Origin: Vicinamibacterales bacterium
GTDB lineage: Bacteria > Acidobacteriota > Vicinamibacteria > Vicinamibacterales > UBA8438
NCBI GenBank assembly: GCA_963663195.1
Contig: OY760136.1
Span: 1,982,300 to 2,046,299, forward strand
Direction of reading: 5' to 3'
DNA length: 64,000 bases
Part shown: positions 60,399-64,000 of the stretch, piece by piece
Layout: each line of letters starts with the position of its first letter
Numbering within the stretch: the stretch's first letter is position 1
Position numbers and translations under genes: made by a program
Notes under the pieces: generated by a model
What the model was told of the DNA's origin: nothing
Seen by the model: the letters and a program-made list of their open reading frames with translations, nothing else
Databases searched by the model: none

Positions 60399-62633
60399 AT
60401 GGCGCGCCGACGGCGGCTGGTTGCCGCCGTATTTCTTCCGCTTGAAGTGACGCAGACACGCCTTCGACCTACCTCGCTTACGGTCTGGGCAGGCCTGCTT
60501 GCCGTGGCCGCGGGCTGTGCCGGTGCGGCCCCTCCGGCGGCACCTGTCGGCCCGCCCCCTCTCCTGGAGAGGCTGGGCTGGATCCTGCGCCTGGAAGACC
60601 AGCGGGTGCTCCGCGATCCGGCTTTGCCGCCACGCGCCGAGATGCCCCCGCCGGCGGCGCCGTCCTCCGTGGCGGACACGGCGACGGACGCGGCGGAAGC
60701 GTCGTCCGTGCCGCCGCCGGCAGCGCTGCGCCCGGTACCGGATCTACTCGACCTGCTGGTCGACGCCGCACCGCGTGTGCGCCGGCGGGCCGCGCTTGCG
60801 GTCGGCCGGGTCGGGCGTTCCGAGGGCGTCGAGCCGCTGGCGGCGGCGCTGCGCGATCCGGAGCCCGAAGTGCGCCAGATGGCGGCGTTCGCCCTCGGCC
60901 TGATCGGCGACGAGAATGCGGCCGACCCGCTGCAGAAAGCGCTGCAGGATCCGTCGCCGCTCGTGCAGGGCCGCGCGGCCGAGGCGCTGGGCCGACTGGG
61001 TGTGGACGACGCCCGGGATGCCATTCGTGCGCTGGTGAGCCGCTACATCATCGAGACGTACGGGATCGACCCGGAGGATCTCTCCCATCCCCAGTCGCCG
61101 GAGGTGGAGGCGTTCCGGCTTGGACTGTACGCCCTGGCGGAGCTCCGCGCGTTCGAGCAGTTGGCGGCCGCGCTGCTGCAGCCGAACGGGCAGCCGGTGA
61201 TCTGGTGGTGGCCGGTCGCCGATGTTCTCTCGAGGATTGACGACGAGCGGGCATACCCGGCGCTCAGCACGCTCGTCGGCGTGCAGGGCAGCGTGGGCGT
61301 GTCGATGGCGGCGCGGGGACTGGGCGCGCTCGGCGACTCCGCCGCCATAGAACCGCTGATCGCGCTGCTCGATCCCGACCGGCGCGACCGGCGCGTCCTG
61401 CTGGCGGCGTTGCAGGCGCTGCAGCAGTTCCGGGAGCCGGCGGTGACCCGCGCGCTGCTGGAATTCGTCGTACGGCGGGACCTGGATCCGATGCTCCGCT
61501 ACGAGACGGTGGTAGCGTTGACCGGCCGCGACGATCCGCTTGTCGTCCAGGTGTTCGTCGAGTTGCTGTCGGACCCCTGGCCGCTGATGCGCGCCGCCGC
61601 AATGCGCGGGCTGGCGGAGACGGACGCGGAGATGTTCCTGCTGGTGTTGTCGGGGCTGGATCCGGATCCGGACTGGCGGGTGCGCATCGCGCTGGCCGAC
61701 GGGCTGGTGCACGCGGGGCCGGAGGTGGGCGGGCGGTTCCTGATCGGGATGTTGGACGATGCGGATCGCCGCGTCGTGCCTGCCGTCCTCTCGACGCTCG
61801 TGGGGATTGGGGCGCCGGAGGCCGGGGCGGTGCTGCTCGATCACCTGAAGGATGACGATGTCGTCGTCAGGAAGACGGCGGCCACGCTGCTCGGGGTTGT
61901 TAAACCGCCCGCGGCGATAGATGCGCTCGCCGCCGCCTACGACGCCATCGCCGAAGAGCCGGCGTACCTGGCGCGAGCGGCAGTCATCGACGCTGCCGCC
62001 GCCATCGGCGGGCCGGCCGGCCGCGACATCCTGACGGCCGCGCTCGCCGATCGCGATTGGGCTGTGCGGCTCCGCGCAGCGCGGCGCCTGGAAGATCTCG
62101 CGCCCGGCATGGACCATGACGCCCGCATCAGACCGGCTCCGACCGCTGGCGCGGACTACGGCGCGCGCGAGCTCGTCGATCCGAGCGTATCGCCGCACGT
62201 GTACATCGATACCGCACGGGGCACGATTCAAATAGAGCTGGCCGTGCTCGACGCGCCGCTTACCACCGCCAACTTCATGCGGCTGGCGCGTCGCGGTTTC
62301 TACGACGGCCTGACATTCCATCGCGCCGTGAGCAACTACGTCGTGCAGGGTGGCGATCCGCGCAGCGATAGCGAAGGCGGTCCCGGCTACACGATCCGGG
62401 ACGAGATCAACCAGCTGCCGTTTCTGCGCGGCACGGTCGGCATGGCGCTCGATTGGGAGGACACCGGCGGCAGCCAGTTCTTCATCACGCGCTTGCCGCA
62501 ACCGCGGCTCGACGGTCTCTACACCGTGTTCGGCCGGGTGGTCGACGGCATGGATGTCGTAGACCGGATCGAGCCGGGCGACGCGATGCTGCGCGTCCGC
62601 GTCTGGGACGGCGTTCAGCCGCTGGAGCCGTAG
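60399..62633 (+). CDS. Lipoprotein with HEAT (PBS-lyase type) repeats fused to a cyclophilin-type peptidyl-prolyl isomerase
   Basis: Lipobox LLAVAAGC. Repeated units such as RVRRRAALAVGRVG..EPLAAALRDPEPEVRQMAAFALGLIGD. C-terminal GTIQIELAVLDAPLTTANFMRLARRGFYDGLTFHRAVSNYVVQGGDP...GGSQFFI. Confidence 0.85.
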   Translation: MARRRRLVAAVFLPLEVTQTRLRPTSLTVWAGLLAVAAGCAGAAPPAAPVGPPPLLERLGWILRLEDQRVLRDPALPPRAEMPPPAAPSSVADTATDAAEASSVPPPAALRPVPDLLDLLVDAAPRVRRRAALAVGRVGRSEGVEPLAAALRDPEPEVRQMAAFALGLIGDENAADPLQKALQDPSPLVQGRAAEALGRLGVDDARDAIRALVSRYIIETYGIDPEDLSHPQSPEVEAFRLGLYALAELRAFEQLAAALLQPNGQPVIWWWPVADVLSRIDDERAYPALSTLVGVQGSVGVSMAARGLGALGDSAAIEPLIALLDPDRRDRRVLLAALQALQQFREPAVTRALLEFVVRRDLDPMLRYETVVALTGRDDPLVVQVFVELLSDPWPLMRAAAMRGLAETDAEMFLLVLSGLDPDPDWRVRIALADGLVHAGPEVGGRFLIGMLDDADRRVVPAVLSTLVGIGAPEAGAVLLDHLKDDDVVVRKTAATLLGVVKPPAAIDALAAAYDAIAEEPAYLARAAVIDAAAAIGGPAGRDILTAALADRDWAVRLRAARRLEDLAPGMDHDARIRPAPTAGADYGARELVDPSVSPHVYIDTARGTIQIELAVLDAPLTTANFMRLARRGFYDGLTFHRAVSNYVVQGGDPRSDSEGGPGYTIRDEINQLPFLRGTVGMALDWEDTGGSQFFITRLPQPRLDGLYTVFGRVVDGMDVVDRIEPGDAMLRVRVWDGVQPLEP

Positions 62634-62647
62634 TCGAAATCGACGGT

Positions 62648-63808
62648 TCAGGTGAGGCTGGTGCTCAGGCGCCGGCGTTCCCGGTGGCGCTCGAACGCGA
62701 GCTCGATCAGCCGATCGAGCAACCGCGCGTAATCCAGACCGGTTGCCTCCCACAGCTTGGCGAACATGCTGATGGTCGTGAAGCCGGGAATCGTATTGAC
62801 CTCGCTCACGTAGATACGGCCGGTGGAGCGGGACAGCAGGAAATCGACGCGCGCCATGCCGGCCGCCTCGATCGCGCGGTACGCCTCGACGGCCAGCTTG
62901 CGCACTTCGGCCGCCTGCGCCGGCGTGAGCGCCGCCGGCACGACTCCGGTGGACCGCGCGTCGACGTACTTGGATTCGTAGTCGTAGAAGTCGCCGCCCG
63001 GTAGGATCTCACCCGGCACGGAAGCCTTCGGCGCATCGTTGCCGATAACGCCGCATTCGAGCTCTCGCGGTTCCGGCACCGCCTCTTCCACGAGGATTTT
63101 CAGATCGAACCGGCGGGCCTCGTTGATTGCCCGCGCCAGCTCCGCGCGGTTCGCCGCCCGCGACACGCCGATGCTCGACCCGAGGTTGGCCGGCTTGACG
63201 AATAGCGGGCCATTCAGGCGGCGCTCGACGTCGTCGAGCACGGCGGTTTCCCCCGCGTCCCATTGCGCGGCCCGTACCACGACGTGACGCGTAATCGGCA
63301 GGCCGCGCGCCGCGAAGAGTGTCTTCGCCACCGCCTTGTCCATGCCGGCGGCCGAGCCGAGCACGCCCGCCCCGACGTACGGCACGCCCGCCAGCTCGAG
63401 CAGCCCCTGCAGCGTACCGTCCTCGCCGTACGGACCATGCACGAGCGGAAAGACCACGTCCAGCGCCAGCATCCCGAGTGCCGCCCGACCGTCGGGGTCC
63501 GCGCTGGCCCGCTGCACCGTCAACAACTGCGCCGCGTCCGGACGCGCTAGAAAATGCACCTCCTGCGCGCCCGTTGCATCGTCGGCGCCGCCGCCCGACG
63601 AACGCGCGCTCGCGATTGCCTCGGCCGCCGTCAGCGAGCCGCGCGGCTCACGGCGCAGCGACCAGCGGCCGTCTCTGCCGACATGAATCGGGATCCCTTC
63701 ATAGCGGTCGGGATCCAGGTGTCCGATGACTGCCGCCGCGGAGGCCAGCGACACCTCGTGCTCGCTCGATCGGCCGCCGTATACGATCCCGACCCGCACG
63801 CGCTTCAC
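62648..63808 (-). CDS. ddl: D-alanine--D-alanine ligase
   Basis: GTG 63808 (VKRVRVGIVYGGRSSEHEVSL). ATP-grasp core (LFVKPANLGSSIGV, ARVDFLL, VSEVNTIPGFT). A longer N-terminus would overlap the divergent tgt start. Confidence 0.9.
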   Translation of the reverse strand: MKRVRVGIVYGGRSSEHEVSLASAAAVIGHLDPDRYEGIPIHVGRDGRWSLRREPRGSLTAAEAIASARSSGGGADDATGAQEVHFLARPDAAQLLTVQRASADPDGRAALGMLALDVVFPLVHGPYGEDGTLQGLLELAGVPYVGAGVLGSAAGMDKAVAKTLFAARGLPITRHVVVRAAQWDAGETAVLDDVERRLNGPLFVKPANLGSSIGVSRAANRAELARAINEARRFDLKILVEEAVPEPRELECGVIGNDAPKASVPGEILPGGDFYDYESKYVDARSTGVVPAALTPAQAAEVRKLAVEAYRAIEAAGMARVDFLLSRSTGRIYVSEVNTIPGFTTISMFAKLWEATGLDYARLLDRLIELAFERHRERRRLSTSLT

Positions 63809-63854
63809 TGGATGGCCTTCAGTGGATGAGGAAGGAGCGGTTGGAAGAGCGTAG

Positions 63855-64000
<146 letters not shown>

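Overview
This 64-kb window is very GC-rich, gene-dense core chromosome from a diderm bacterium (LptD is present). The phylum cannot be fixed from the window alone; Acidobacteriota- or Gemmatimonadota-like is only a guess. I support about 50 protein genes and one tRNA.

Main blocks, in order:
- murJ (runs off the left edge) and a frameshifted ogt, then ychF.
- A complete 14-gene dcw cluster at 4112-20630: mraZ-rsmH-ftsL-ftsI-murE-murF-mraY-murD-ftsW-murG-murC-ftsQ-ftsA-ftsZ. It has a recognisable promoter and MraZ operator, and no murB or ddl inside.
- A minus-strand block: larB-mutS2-dnaG-rpoD-tRNA(CAT)-terminator-COG1579 zinc-ribbon gene-RNase HI::AcpS fusion-SpoVG-like gene.
- GT2 glycosyltransferase-citrate synthase-lepA-lepB, with overlapping stop and start codons.
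- rpiB-glyA-dinG-TPR-yggS.
- A TPP-riboswitch-like leader followed by thiC.
- An orphan 928-aa LAL/STAND LuxR regulator.
- An M20 peptidase, htpX and an SplB-like radical SAM gene.
- GT4-PHP-GT4 envelope genes.
- dNK-accD-folC-lptD.
- A HEAT::cyclophilin lipoprotein, ddl, and tgt (runs off the right edge).

I see no prophage, integrase, transposase, CRISPR array, toxin-antitoxin pair, or recognisable defence or biosynthetic island. I do not claim a multi-gene novel system.

What the gene map does not explain is a network of non-coding, modular, nested MITE-like repeats. There are two families with terminal inverted repeats flanked by CTAG/TTAG, a roughly 85-90 bp GC-rich cassette nested in both, and a third palindromic element inside the dcw cluster. 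Together they fill nearly every intergenic spacer longer than about 150 bp. They also donate start codons, stop codons and a C-terminal tail to neighbouring genes.

Other points worth a second look:
- the RNase HI::AcpS fusion
- the out-of-frame ogt active site
- an intrinsic terminator 19 nt upstream of a start codon, preceded by a structured 160-nt spacer
- an AT-rich palindrome upstream of the dcw promoter
- a 574-bp non-coding gap upstream of the LAL regulator

Most long ORFs in the supplied track that lie antisense to these genes are GC-content artefacts.
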